64,000 nt of DNA from Candidatus Moraniibacteriota bacterium (GCA_037133435.1 JBAXOD010000004.1:90-64089); one strand, 5' to 3'. Shown: positions 46,198 to 56,594, numbered from the stretch's first letter. Numbers and translations are program-made. Notes: a model not told the origin generated them from the sequence alone.

Positions 46198-48645
46198 CTA
46201 TTTCCGACCGCCACGATTAATCACGTTTTTCACCAGTTCCTTTTCCGTATCAGTCGCGATCCGCACCTTCCCTCCTCGGGCGACCGTCATACATTCCCCG
46301 TTCATCCGCTCCTCGGAAGTCCGTTTCAAATGCTCGATGTTCGTCTTCAATCCGGCGAGTTCTTCGGTGAAAAGGAATTTCAAATTTTTGATCGGGATTC
46401 CGAAACGCGCCGAGAGCTCCTTGAGCACGTTCCCATACTCGTAACAGAGCTGATATTCGAGCATCTTCCGTTCATCCGTCCAAATCGCCATCGTACGGAG
46501 TATCGTGATCCACTGTTTCGCTTTTCTGTCGGCAAGATACTGTTTTGCGAGATATTCCGATCGTTGTCTTGTATCGTGTTCATGCCGATTCATCGCCTCC
46601 AGCCTCTCGGGTATCGTTTTCCGACGGACGCGATTCTCATTGATCCGATCGGCGAAATATTCCTCATCCAAGACACTGGGGCCATCGTATCCGAATGGGA
46701 TCCAGTAATATCGCCGTACAAGTCGTCTCACAGCGGCATTAACATTTGGATCATGATCAAGTGACACTTCGAGGATTTCCCGTTCCATCCGAGTAGGATG
46801 GTTCTCCTGCTCTGGTAAAGACAGCGCGTCCAGATCTTCCGCAGGAATCCCAAGTGCGGTCGAAACCCGTTTCACGAATGGTTCCTTGGCGACAAACCTG
46901 TAAAAGACGCTCGCCGCGTCATATCGCATGAAGAGGTCTCGCACTCTCTCCGCAAGTCCGAAGAGATCGCGATCACTTGTCACTTCGAGATCCCGTTTTT
47001 CCATTTCAGCCAGAAAAGAAAGGACTTCCTTTTTCGCCTCTTCGGTCGATCGGGCGATCTGCTCATAAAAACCGTTCTCTGAAAACAGTCTTTCCGCGAC
47101 GAGAGCCCCGACTTCTTCCCAATCCTTCTCGGGAATGACGACATTCATTTTCCCTTCTGAAAAGAAATTGTACTCGACCGGAAAGGTTTTTCCGTACAGC
47201 TCAGAAACGAGCGGGCTCGTCTGGATCAACGCGTTCCAATAGATCGGTGCGAGGTCGTATTCCCCGGTCATCGGCACGACGAATTTCTTGTCCGTTCCTT
47301 CTTTGGTAGCATGCTCCCGTTCCGAAAGTTTTCGCACTATCCCCTGGTCGGCATCGACTTCGACCAGATCTCCATCCTTGAGTATTCGTGTGGCATTTTG
47401 GGTACCGATGATACATGGGATTCCCAGCTCGCGCGATACGATCGCGGCATGACATGTCACGCTTCCCTCGTTGGTGACGATGGCCGCCGCCTTCCTGAGG
47501 ATAGGAGCGTATTCCGGACGGGTCATAGAGGCGACCAAAATATCCCCTTCCTCCACCTTGTCAAAATCATCCCTCCCCATGACGACACGTACCGGACCAG
47601 ATGCCCGGCCTTTGGAAGCGGTCACTCCCGAAAGACTGTCATTGAACGCCGATGTCGACAGTTTCTCCCACTCTTCCTCGGTGATGTCCGTAAATCCGGT
47701 TTCATGCGATGTCCGAATGAGACGTTCACCGGGATACTCCGACAAGTGACCGCTCTTCTTCTGCCGTTCGAATTCGTCCGGCGAGAGCATGACCGCCTGC
47801 TCATACCTGATACCGTAAATGTCGCATTCCCGTTTCAGATACCGGCAATACAGTACGTTGAAGAGCATATTGCATCGTTTCCGTTCATCACGGATATGCG
47901 TCGCGAAACCGATCCATTCGGGCATCGTTTCCGGCCGTCCGATCTCACCCGGCTCATCGACAGTACCGCCTTCCATCAATCCGGAAAGCCGATCGGTAAA
48001 ATAGGCCAGTCCCGTGGGATGGTATCCTTTGTAGTCGCTCAAGATGAACGAATACAGTGCGGCGTGATCCCGAAGCTTTTCATCTTTTTCGACGCCGTCA
48101 TCCATTCGGGCGATCTGCCGCAATTCCCGCTCTTCCCGTGCGATGAACGATTCGCCGGGAATTTTTACGTCGCTCAAATCTATATGATGTTCCGATACGT
48201 ACGATTCGAACGCCACGTCCATGACATATGCCACCCCGATGACCCATGGGAACAGTTCTGCATATTCATCGTAGAATTCCGACTTTTCGGGAATTCGGTC
48301 GTACAAAACTTCCGCGTAGTTTATCTCCTGCAATCGGTCCGCGAGCGGCGCGATGGAGGAATACTGCCGATAGAGCGTCTCGGTGAATTCGACATCCCCC
48401 TCCTCGAGCAGTCGTATGAAGTGCATTCCGTAATCAATGAGAGACTCCTTTGGAATGATGACCTCACTGTTCCCCTCGTAGCGATACCGGATATACCAGG
48501 GTCCGCACAGGTAGGAATCATTGTATCTGAGAAGCGACGACGCCCCGCCGTGAAAAAAATTGGTGATCGGGTACATCGGCAAATTGACATGAAAAAAATC
48601 ATGTTCCGTCCGGCGTGACGACAGGGAATCCTTTTCCGAAGCCAT
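46198..48645 (-). CDS. Tandem fusion of two paralog units: [N-domain + PEP-utilizers swivel domain] followed by a second N-domain whose swivel domain is deleted or frameshifted.
   Basis: Swivel domain GSVTCHAAIVSRELGIPCIIGTQNATRILKDGDLVEVDADQGIV lies mid-protein. A possible internal second start is MTGEYDLAPIYWN. The C-terminus ends ARGGKVRIATD..., just where a swivel domain should begin. Start taken at MASEKDSL... Confidence 0.55.
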   Translation of the reverse strand: MASEKDSLSSRRTEHDFFHVNLPMYPITNFFHGGASSLLRYNDSYLCGPWYIRYRYEGNSEVIIPKESLIDYGMHFIRLLEEGDVEFTETLYRQYSSIAPLADRLQEINYAEVLYDRIPEKSEFYDEYAELFPWVIGVAYVMDVAFESYVSEHHIDLSDVKIPGESFIAREERELRQIARMDDGVEKDEKLRDHAALYSFILSDYKGYHPTGLAYFTDRLSGLMEGGTVDEPGEIGRPETMPEWIGFATHIRDERKRCNMLFNVLYCRYLKRECDIYGIRYEQAVMLSPDEFERQKKSGHLSEYPGERLIRTSHETGFTDITEEEWEKLSTSAFNDSLSGVTASKGRASGPVRVVMGRDDFDKVEEGDILVASMTRPEYAPILRKAAAIVTNEGSVTCHAAIVSRELGIPCIIGTQNATRILKDGDLVEVDADQGIVRKLSEREHATKEGTDKKFVVPMTGEYDLAPIYWNALIQTSPLVSELYGKTFPVEYNFFSEGKMNVVIPEKDWEEVGALVAERLFSENGFYEQIARSTEEAKKEVLSFLAEMEKRDLEVTSDRDLFGLAERVRDLFMRYDAASVFYRFVAKEPFVKRVSTALGIPAEDLDALSLPEQENHPTRMEREILEVSLDHDPNVNAAVRRLVRRYYWIPFGYDGPSVLDEEYFADRINENRVRRKTIPERLEAMNRHEHDTRQRSEYLAKQYLADRKAKQWITILRTMAIWTDERKMLEYQLCYEYGNVLKELSARFGIPIKNLKFLFTEELAGLKTNIEHLKRTSEERMNGECMTVARGGKVRIATDTEKELVKNVINRGGRK

Positions 48646-48784
48646 AGACGTGAATATTAACGCTATGAGAAACCTACCGACAGTATACGGCCATATATAT
48701 CCCGTCGGCAAGCTCCAACAGACCATCAGGACACGAAAAACGGCCCGGGAAATCCGAGTAGCTATCGTCGTTGAATTGTGATCG

Positions 48785-49861
48785 CTACACCGCCCGATCA
48801 GCCTTTTCCACAGCGACTTCCTTCTTTTCTTTAACAAATCCCGCGATCGTCTGAAGCGGTACGTCCTCGTTAAAGACGAATGTACTCGCCGTCCCGTCCG
48901 CTTTCACGTACTCTTTCGTAAAGGCGATGTTGACAACCGGCTCATCCTCACCCGGCACAGTCATGATGTCGACTGTAAACCCCTCGACGTCACCAAATCC
49001 CACATTGCCCAGCGATTCGACGAATGCGTTCCGCTCCTCCACTCCCTTGGTCGTTTCGATCAATTTTGCCAAGAACGATTCCCCGATTCCCTGATGGGAC
49101 CCAAAAAACCGTTCGAGTGTTTCGGTATATCCTTTCGACTCTTTTCCGCTCGCAACACGAAACGCGTCTTGCGCAACGAGCTGATCCCAGTTCTTTTCCA
49201 CCTTCGCATATTTCACGAGAACTTCGGCAATATTTGATACAAAATCCGAATATCGGGAATCAGTCGTATTTCCAAGTTGCTCTGCGAGTGCGTCGCTCTG
49301 CTCGATAAGAAATGAAAGGTATCGTTTTTCCCCGATCGACTTCACCATCGCGGTGCCATATTCACCCTTCATGTCGAGTGCGAAGTCCAGTCGACTGTCC
49401 ACTCCGGTCTTCTTACCATTCAATTCGAATCCGTTATCGAGCGCTTCTTGAGAAACGACCCCGGCATCCACGGCTTCCTGTGCGAGTGCGGCGTCGAATT
49501 TCGCCTTCAGTTCATCGAGTGTCTCGTCTCCCGTTATAGCATCTTCACTTCCCGCCATCTTGAATGCCGCCGTCTGCTCAGCGCGCGGTTTCGTACTACC
49601 GAAAGCAATCGACTGTCGAACATTCGTTTCCGGATTGCTCGCCGCAACCGCCTCGCCTCGCCCCTTTTCTGACAACAACACCGAATCCGCAGTCTGTCCC
49701 TCCGCGGGTTTCGCCTTGTCCCCATGCCGGAAGAAGCTCAGTCTCGTCCGGGAGGAATACTTCCTGACTTTCTCCTTCTCAACGCCCTTCCACTCGACCG
49801 ATTCCGGAGTCTTCTCAGGTACCTGTTCAATAGGATGCAACCTATCAAAACCAAATTTCAT
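48785..49861 (-). CDS. Histidine-phosphatase-superfamily (phosphoglycerate-mutase-like) protein with a C-terminal extension.
   Basis: LSFFRHGDKAKPAEGQ (RHG motif) and LSEKGRGEA. Start taken at MKFGFDRL. Confidence 0.5.
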   Translation of the reverse strand: MKFGFDRLHPIEQVPEKTPESVEWKGVEKEKVRKYSSRTRLSFFRHGDKAKPAEGQTADSVLLSEKGRGEAVAASNPETNVRQSIAFGSTKPRAEQTAAFKMAGSEDAITGDETLDELKAKFDAALAQEAVDAGVVSQEALDNGFELNGKKTGVDSRLDFALDMKGEYGTAMVKSIGEKRYLSFLIEQSDALAEQLGNTTDSRYSDFVSNIAEVLVKYAKVEKNWDQLVAQDAFRVASGKESKGYTETLERFFGSHQGIGESFLAKLIETTKGVEERNAFVESLGNVGFGDVEGFTVDIMTVPGEDEPVVNIAFTKEYVKADGTASTFVFNEDVPLQTIAGFVKEKKEVAVEKADRAV

Positions 49862-49924
49862 ACTATTTTCCTTACGAATTATATACACCCGTATTATACA
49901 CCCATCATATCCGCCGTGAAGAAA

Positions 49925-51463
49925 TCATACCTCTGCCCGCTCAAGTATCCGCACCACCCCGTGATCCGCGTCCACCTCCACAAGGTCGCCGTCATGGAGT
50001 ATCTTCGTCGCAGTCTTCGTGCCGATCACGCACGGCTTCCTCATCTCCCGGGCGATGATCGCCGCGTGGCAGGTAATACCGCCCATATCGGTAATGAATG
50101 CTCCTGCTTTCTGCATGGCCGAGATGAGATCCGGATTCGTCGAAGGCGATACCAATATATCCCCGTCATTCATCTTCACGACATCTTCTCTGTCGATGAT
50201 GATCTTCACCGCTCCTTGCACCTTTCCGACGAACGCTGTCGAGCCTTTCAATTCCGTCACTTCATCAATCGTTATTTCTTCCATAATCTCCCGCCTGACC
50301 CGTTCAATCGCGTTATCATCAAGCACCTCCGTCTGCCCACCACCGATACGAAACATGCAATATTTCGTCCGTTTTTTCGCTATGGTCGAAAAATCTTTCT
50401 TCTCTTTGAGCGCTTCACCGATTTCCGCGGTCGTGAGATATTTCGTCTCCTCCACCGAAAGTCCGACCCGCTTCGCGATCTCCGTAATAACCGGATCCAT
50501 CGCCACATATGATTTCTGATATATCCCCTTCCGGTGGTCTTTCAGGGAAAGGAATGTCGCATATATCCGGAACAGGTGTTGCAAATCGTCCGTCAAGCCT
50601 ACTTCCTTGATTATCTCCTCTTTTTCGCGAGCCAGTTTTTCCGAGCGTTCGACGAGCCTCTGTAGTTTGGTTCCGACCGTTTCTCCGGTCGCCAGGAATT
50701 CCGAAAGCGACACTACGACATCATTCGGCGTCATTCCTGGCCCCTCGTACGCGTACGGGAGCCATTCGAATTCCCTCGCATGCGCCACGATACGTCCGTG
50801 AATCTCCGGGGATGCGTCACGAATATCTTCGAGAAACCGTTCCGGGGATTCGGTCCGCATACGCTCCACCGCATCGCGATCCATTGCAAGGATATCCGCA
50901 AGCATCCTTATCCATGCGATCTCCTCGGTCCGAACTTCGCTCTCTTCCTCGCTCGAACTCAATACGGAAAACAGGGAAGCCGTTCGTTCTTCCATTCCAT
51001 GTTCTTTCATGAATTCCTGAAACGCCTCCTGTATATGATTTGTCAAAAACGATTCCAGCATCCCATCGATAATCACCGGCACCCAACCCCACACCCGCAT
51101 CACACCCAATTTGTGAGCATACGTCACATATAGGTCGTTTAATTCCTGCTCGGTCGCCACTGACACATCGCGATCCCTGATCGAATCACAAAACGCAAGC
51201 AATGTCGCTCCCTCCCCAAGCGTACGATCCTTGACCATGGCCGCGAATCCGGGGTCAGCGAGAGTTCTCGCACAGAGCGCTTTCCCGAGAGCGTTCATCT
51301 CCGAAGGATCCAGATAGTAATACATGTGTCCCTTACAAAATTCGAGCAGTATCGATGAGATTTTGAGACCGAGTACCCTCTCCATGTCGTTCGTCAACAC
51401 CTCGTCGGAAAAATACCATGGATAAAGGTACATCCGGTTCCTGTCCCAGATCTTCTTATACAT
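49925..51463 (-). CDS. PEP-utilizers swivel-domain protein (unknown ~400-aa N-domain plus C-terminal phosphohistidine domain).
   Basis: DGDILVSPSTNPDLISAMQKAGAFITDMGGITCHAAIIAREMRKPCVIGTKTATKILHDGDLVEVDADHGVVRI. Confidence 0.7.
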   Translation of the reverse strand: MYKKIWDRNRMYLYPWYFSDEVLTNDMERVLGLKISSILLEFCKGHMYYYLDPSEMNALGKALCARTLADPGFAAMVKDRTLGEGATLLAFCDSIRDRDVSVATEQELNDLYVTYAHKLGVMRVWGWVPVIIDGMLESFLTNHIQEAFQEFMKEHGMEERTASLFSVLSSSEEESEVRTEEIAWIRMLADILAMDRDAVERMRTESPERFLEDIRDASPEIHGRIVAHAREFEWLPYAYEGPGMTPNDVVVSLSEFLATGETVGTKLQRLVERSEKLAREKEEIIKEVGLTDDLQHLFRIYATFLSLKDHRKGIYQKSYVAMDPVITEIAKRVGLSVEETKYLTTAEIGEALKEKKDFSTIAKKRTKYCMFRIGGGQTEVLDDNAIERVRREIMEEITIDEVTELKGSTAFVGKVQGAVKIIIDREDVVKMNDGDILVSPSTNPDLISAMQKAGAFITDMGGITCHAAIIAREMRKPCVIGTKTATKILHDGDLVEVDADHGVVRILERAEV

Positions 51464-51468
51464 ATCGA

Positions 51469-52071
51469 TTACTGATACAGATTACGCAGTCTCGATTCCG
51501 CCAATTCGCGAAATTCCGGAAAAATGAACGTACAAAGACTCTCATCGAGCATCTTTTTCACTACTGATTCATCGGAATAGAGATCGCGAACGTTCTTTAA
51601 TCGAAGTTCGGAAAAACGATCCAACCGATCAAAGTCATGAAAAATCTTCTTATTCTCGGTATCATAAAATCGATCGTGGTCGATTCCTTCCAGAGCATCG
51701 GCATCGTGAATACTGATGATATCGACGATCTCGCCCGATTTTCCTGTATCATATCCCGCGGACTCGAGCACTTCCCTCGCAACCTTCGCTCCGGTCAGCA
51801 TATGCACCAGTTTTCCATTTACAATCTTTTCCGGACCCGTGACATACCGGAAGTGCTCGGGCAATATCGCGATATGCCCGATATCGTGCATCATCGCGAC
51901 CGGGACGAGTACATCGAGGTCTATCGGAATCCCACCCCGATATTCAAGAATCATCTTCACCGTTTCCACGGCATGATCTACGTCTCCCGCCCTACCCCGT
52001 TCCAACATCGGTTTTGCCCGATCCCAGATATTCCGATACGGTTCCGGCACGAATGCATCCTCATATTCCAT
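51469..52071 (-). CDS. HD-domain phosphohydrolase.
   Basis: VAMMHDIGHIAI ... HDAD motifs. Confidence 0.7.
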   Translation of the reverse strand: MEYEDAFVPEPYRNIWDRAKPMLERGRAGDVDHAVETVKMILEYRGGIPIDLDVLVPVAMMHDIGHIAILPEHFRYVTGPEKIVNGKLVHMLTGAKVAREVLESAGYDTGKSGEIVDIISIHDADALEGIDHDRFYDTENKKIFHDFDRLDRFSELRLKNVRDLYSDESVVKKMLDESLCTFIFPEFRELAESRLRNLYQ

Positions 52072-52334
52072 ATTCGTAGAACGTTACATGTATTTTCACT
52101 ATACCCTCGTTTCGAATCTCCCTCAATCGATTCGAAATAATCATACGGTTCTCTCTTGCCAACGGTATATAATTAATATATCATAGGTTATACCATGCGT
52201 GTCTCACTAAAAACCCCTCATCACACAAAATAGCCCTCTATGGGGCTGTTTTTTGACTCTTTTTGTTCCGCACGACTTGAAATGAAAAACTTGGGATACT
52301 GAAGGGGCTATTTTATCCACCACCAGTATCCGCT

Positions 52335-52589
52335 ATGTATCAAGGGAAGTATGTTTTCGCACAAATCATGGAATACCTGCCTCGACACGAGTTCGATATA
52401 TGTGTCGCTCGATATCACGGAGAACGGTATGCTAAACATTTCTCGTGTCGTGATCAGTTTCTTGCGATGGTATTCGGACTCCTTCCCATCGATTCCGCTA
52501 TCGCCCGACACGAATACCCCTTGTCGAGAAGAATCCCGATCTCAAGCCGCTCGGCACGGCTCAGTTTTTTCATTTTTTCCATGCGGTAA
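52335..52589 (+). pseudogene. IS4-family transposase N-terminal fragment (DUF4372-like), truncated.
   Basis: MYQGKYVFAQIMEYLPRHEFDICVARYHGERYAKHFSCRDQFLAMVFG matches the conserved N-terminus of IS4-family transposases, and the remainder diverges. Inverted motifs caaaatagcccc / ggggctatttt lie at 52224 and 52297. Confidence 0.5.
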
Positions 52590-52683
52590 TTATAGACCAA
52601 GAGTGTCCTAATCCAGAACGGAATGAATTTTTAACAAGGCAGTCAAAGAACATTCAACCATCAACCGAAAGGGAGAGCTTATA

Positions 52684-54129
52684 ATGCGACATTTAGCCAT
52701 AAGGCCGGAAACGGTCGCTTACGTAATCACGGTCCACAACCATCTCCACACACATCCTGAAACCCGTTGGGAAGAGACCAAAACACTCTCCTATATCAAA
52801 CAACAAATCGGGTTTCTCGGTATCAAGGGCAGTCTATCAGAATTGCAAGGGGGTCTGACATTCGATTATGTTGTTAATCCGAATCTCGCATGGGTCCTCT
52901 TCCGGGCGGATATCGATGCTCTTCCGATTCTGGAACATGTGGAGAATGTCCCAAGATCGGAAAATGACGGGGTCATGCATGCATGCGGACACGACATCAA
53001 TACTGCCGTTCTCCTCGGGCTCATGAAAGAAATCGCGGACGACTACGTCTTGCCGACGAAAAATATCCGTTTTGTCTTCCAGCGTGCCGAGGAAAATCCT
53101 GGTGCGTCGCCACAGGCGAAATCAGGCGGTGCCAGTCTCGTTGAAGCGGGTATCTGCGACGGTATGTCGGCAGCGTACATGCTTCATACTTGGGCCGAAG
53201 GAACACCCGGTGCTTTTTCCTCTCGACCCGGTGCCATGCTGGGATGCAGCGATCGGATGGGTATCATTCTCTCACTCGAGGAAGGCCGCGATCCGAAAAC
53301 CATCATGCAAGCACTCCAGACGATCTGGAACACCTTGGAAGGATTTCCGAACCGGACGATCGGTCCGATCGAACCGGCGACGCTGGAGCCGGTCAAAGGA
53401 AGGAAGGCAAGCAATGTCATGCCTGACAAGGTATGGCTTTGGTATGCGATCAATCCATTCGCATTTCTTCCACAAGGGTTAGAAAATATCAGGAAAATCG
53501 TCATCGCCGCCTTCCCGGAAACGAAACTCGAATTCTTTCGTGAGAACGACTCGATCGTCGTTTCCGTGGAATCGACCGGCGGACATGTCGCTTTACCGCA
53601 AAAAGGCACGAATGCCCTCCGCGCCTCTCGGTTCGTCATGAATACGATCGACATGCTCGGCTACTCGGTATCTATGAAACCGATTTCCTATTCATGCGAT
53701 ACCGACAAAGATATGGGAAAATCGAATGTTCTCGAGGCCTGGTACGGCGTTCGAACCATGCTTTCAGCGAAAAGACGCGACGAATATTTCGTCGAACTCG
53801 AACGAGTCGTGGTATCCGTAGTCTCGGCGTTTCCGGGAGTCGGTGTCAGGATCGAGAAAATACTCGGCCACCCCGCTCTCATCAATACCGACTTCGAAAA
53901 AATTGCAGGAGTATTGAAAACTGCCGGAGAAAACGTCGAAAAAGCCGATCCGAGTCTCGGTGGTGAGGATTTCGCGTATTACCTCCAGAAAATTCCCGGG
54001 TCATCCTGGCTGCTCTGCACGCACCGGGAAGGAAGCGGTCACCTCCATACCGCCACGTTCAATCCCGATCCGGAAATTTTCGCCGAGAAGGGAGTACGGT
54101 TCTGGACGCTCTTGGCCACGGAGCCGTAA
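52684..54129 (+). CDS. M20/M20D-family amidohydrolase (hippurate hydrolase / N-acyl-amino-acid amidohydrolase-like).
   Basis: HACGHD motif. 481 aa. Confidence 0.7.
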   Translation: MRHLAIRPETVAYVITVHNHLHTHPETRWEETKTLSYIKQQIGFLGIKGSLSELQGGLTFDYVVNPNLAWVLFRADIDALPILEHVENVPRSENDGVMHACGHDINTAVLLGLMKEIADDYVLPTKNIRFVFQRAEENPGASPQAKSGGASLVEAGICDGMSAAYMLHTWAEGTPGAFSSRPGAMLGCSDRMGIILSLEEGRDPKTIMQALQTIWNTLEGFPNRTIGPIEPATLEPVKGRKASNVMPDKVWLWYAINPFAFLPQGLENIRKIVIAAFPETKLEFFRENDSIVVSVESTGGHVALPQKGTNALRASRFVMNTIDMLGYSVSMKPISYSCDTDKDMGKSNVLEAWYGVRTMLSAKRRDEYFVELERVVVSVVSAFPGVGVRIEKILGHPALINTDFEKIAGVLKTAGENVEKADPSLGGEDFAYYLQKIPGSSWLLCTHREGSGHLHTATFNPDPEIFAEKGVRFWTLLATEP

Positions 54130-54154
54130 ATGAAGGTTCCCAACAGACAGCAAA

Positions 54155-54190
54155 ACTCTTCCGTTCAAAATGCGCGGAAGAGCTTTTTTT
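54155..54190. terminator. Bidirectional intrinsic terminator.
   Basis: aaaactcttccgttcaaaatgcgcggaagagcttttttta. Confidence 0.6.
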
Positions 54191-54206
54191 ATTCTTTTGA
54201 ACCGAG

Positions 54207-55133
54207 TCAGACATCGATATCGAGAAGATAGGTGACGACAGCGAGACCGATTTCCATGAACGGCTCCCGTTTCATATAGAGAGCGCGTGGATCCGAATCG
54301 ACCGCCTTCTCAATCTCGAATATTCTCGGTGTGATCATGCTAAGAACCGCGTCAGGACGCAATCGTTTCATGTGTTCCGTGTTGATCGGAAGATAGGATT
54401 TGAGAATCAATTCTTCCTTTTCTTTCGGGAATTTGTTTTCCGGAATGATGCCTTTCTGCAGCCCTCGCGTCACCACGAGCACGTCGACATCACCGATGAA
54501 ATTATCGAGCTTGTCATATCGCAGTTCGACGAGTCCATTGCGCACGGCGTCTTCCTCGACCTGCTTCGGCACCGGAAAATGACCCAAATCATCCACGACA
54601 AGACTCATCTTGTACATCCCCATGACCGGAATGAGGGATTTGCAGACACGGTTGATCTCTGGTGTCCCGTACAACCCCACTTTCAACCCCTCCAACGGAC
54701 GCCCGGAGTGATAGAACCAATCATAGAGCATCATCGCGGCACCGACCGCATGTTCCTTCGAACCACTGCCACCGTTTATGACCGGCACGGCGGACGCCGC
54801 CTTCGCCCGCTCGGCCGAATCCTCATCGGGGTGGCGCAAAACGATGACATCCGCGAGACTGCCGAACGTGGTTATCGTATCATCGAGGCTTTCGCCTTTT
54901 TCCATGGAAATACCCTGTTCTCCGGAAACGGCAAGATACCCGCCTCCGGCACGAATCATAGCAGACTGGAATGAACCGGCCGTCCTGGTCGAGGGCTGAA
55001 AAAACAGGGTTGCCGCGATTTTTCCACGGCAGATGTCGGGTGAGATCCCTTCATCCACGAATTTCTTCGCGCGCCGAAAAATCTCGTCATAATCCGACCG
55101 ATCGAGGTCCTGCGAATTTATGAGGTGTTTCAT
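54207..55133 (-). CDS. Aspartate/ornithine-carbamoyltransferase-family protein (substrate unknown).
   Basis: FFQPSTRTAGSF (STRTR motif). 308 aa. ATGA overlap with the upstream M20 gene. Confidence 0.65.
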   Translation of the reverse strand: MKHLINSQDLDRSDYDEIFRRAKKFVDEGISPDICRGKIAATLFFQPSTRTAGSFQSAMIRAGGGYLAVSGEQGISMEKGESLDDTITTFGSLADVIVLRHPDEDSAERAKAASAVPVINGGSGSKEHAVGAAMMLYDWFYHSGRPLEGLKVGLYGTPEINRVCKSLIPVMGMYKMSLVVDDLGHFPVPKQVEEDAVRNGLVELRYDKLDNFIGDVDVLVVTRGLQKGIIPENKFPKEKEELILKSYLPINTEHMKRLRPDAVLSMITPRIFEIEKAVDSDPRALYMKREPFMEIGLAVVTYLLDIDV

Positions 55134-56581
55134 ATGACTGCCTCTCCGGTCGATCCGCCCTCAGGGCGCATCGATGACGATGAATTATAATGATTAATGC
55201 CGTTTAACGCGAGTATGGAGTACGCTTCGGCGAGATCCTTCAGCGCCTCGGGATCGATTCGGAAATTCGGGGAATGATGATCCACCTTCGGGTACCCGCT
55301 GTCGGGACTTGCACCGCCGATCCCCATATACACGCCGGGTATCCGTTTGCTTTGCAACTCTTCAAGGTAAAAGGAGAAATCCTCTCCGCCCATGATGAGC
55401 GCATCATCTTGTTTGGCATTATCCCCCATAACTTCTCTGGCCGATCGCACGGCCAGACCCACCAATTCCGCATCATGATGGACGACCGGACGATATCCGT
55501 CCCGTCGTTTGAATTCGACCGTTATTTCCTTGTTTACCGCTGAGCCTGTTGGATCCATTCTTTCAAGTTCCTCGAGATGTCGCGAAATAACCTCGTCCGT
55601 CACCTGCCGTATCTCGCTTGCTACGGACTGTGACATTTTTTTGAAATCAGGCGAAGCGATACGGATTACCCAGGTGCTTTTTCCGGATGCCGGCATTACG
55701 TTGTATCCCCCGCTTGAATATTCCGGTCCGCGGGTATTGATGACCGCTTCGTTTTTTTCAAAGAGCGGCCGAAATCGTTCCTGTAATTCCAAAGTGATCT
55801 GGGAAAAAACGCGGTTCAGATCGGGACTCTCATACGAATTCATGATGTGACCTCCGGGACCGTGCAGTTCGATATCCATCTCGCCGGAACTCGCCATAAA
55901 GACGCCTTCACGGGTCAGAATAGTTCCTTTCTCCGCCATACCGAAGACATGAAGACCGAAGAAAGCCCGAATATCATCACGAAGCCCGTTTCGCTCAAGA
56001 AATGCTATCATGGGGACCGAACCCGGTTTTTTCTGATGCGCTTTCTCTTCACTTGGCTGAAATAAGAGGACGACTTCCCCCTTGAGCGCTCCCTCATCCG
56101 CCAACTCCTTCAAGATACGCGCCGCCCCCATGAGACCTGCAGTGTGCAGATCATGACCACAGCCGTGCATCATTCCGTTTTTCTTCGAGCGGGGCTCGTT
56201 CACCGGGTTTTCCTCCATTGGCAACGCGTCCATATCGGCCCGAAGCGCGACTATAGATCCACTCTCCTTACCTTTGATCTTCGCCACGATTCCGGTTCCG
56301 CCGATACCTTCACCAAGAATCTCGATTCCGAGCGATTCGAGGTGCAGTTTGACACGCGCCGCCGTCTCGAATTCCTCCCCTCCAAGCTCGGGATTCTCGT
56401 GGATAGCGATATAATCCTTGAGCATTTCAGGATAGATCTCCCGTGCCCGTTCGACGATCCGACCGGCGAGGGTCTGTTCCCTCTTTTCCATCTTCAGGTC
56501 GGGAGTGTTGCCAACCCCCGAGTCATTCAAGATTTGCTGTTCATGCTTCATATTTCTCGATATTTTGCGATATGTTTCCAT
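55130..56581 (-). CDS. M20D-family amidohydrolase.
   Basis: MHGCGHD motif. Start taken at METYRKIS... (the track ORF extends to 56764 and would overlap the next gene). Confidence 0.65.
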   Translation of the reverse strand: METYRKISRNMKHEQQILNDSGVGNTPDLKMEKREQTLAGRIVERAREIYPEMLKDYIAIHENPELGGEEFETAARVKLHLESLGIEILGEGIGGTGIVAKIKGKESGSIVALRADMDALPMEENPVNEPRSKKNGMMHGCGHDLHTAGLMGAARILKELADEGALKGEVVLLFQPSEEKAHQKKPGSVPMIAFLERNGLRDDIRAFFGLHVFGMAEKGTILTREGVFMASSGEMDIELHGPGGHIMNSYESPDLNRVFSQITLELQERFRPLFEKNEAVINTRGPEYSSGGYNVMPASGKSTWVIRIASPDFKKMSQSVASEIRQVTDEVISRHLEELERMDPTGSAVNKEITVEFKRRDGYRPVVHHDAELVGLAVRSAREVMGDNAKQDDALIMGGEDFSFYLEELQSKRIPGVYMGIGGASPDSGYPKVDHHSPNFRIDPEALKDLAEAYSILALNGINHYNSSSSMRPEGGSTGEAVI

Positions 56582-56594
56582 TCTATCAGACCGA

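Noticed and set aside
47311-48618. 435-aa plus-strand ORF.
   Set aside because: It is antisense to the PEP-utilizers fusion gene.
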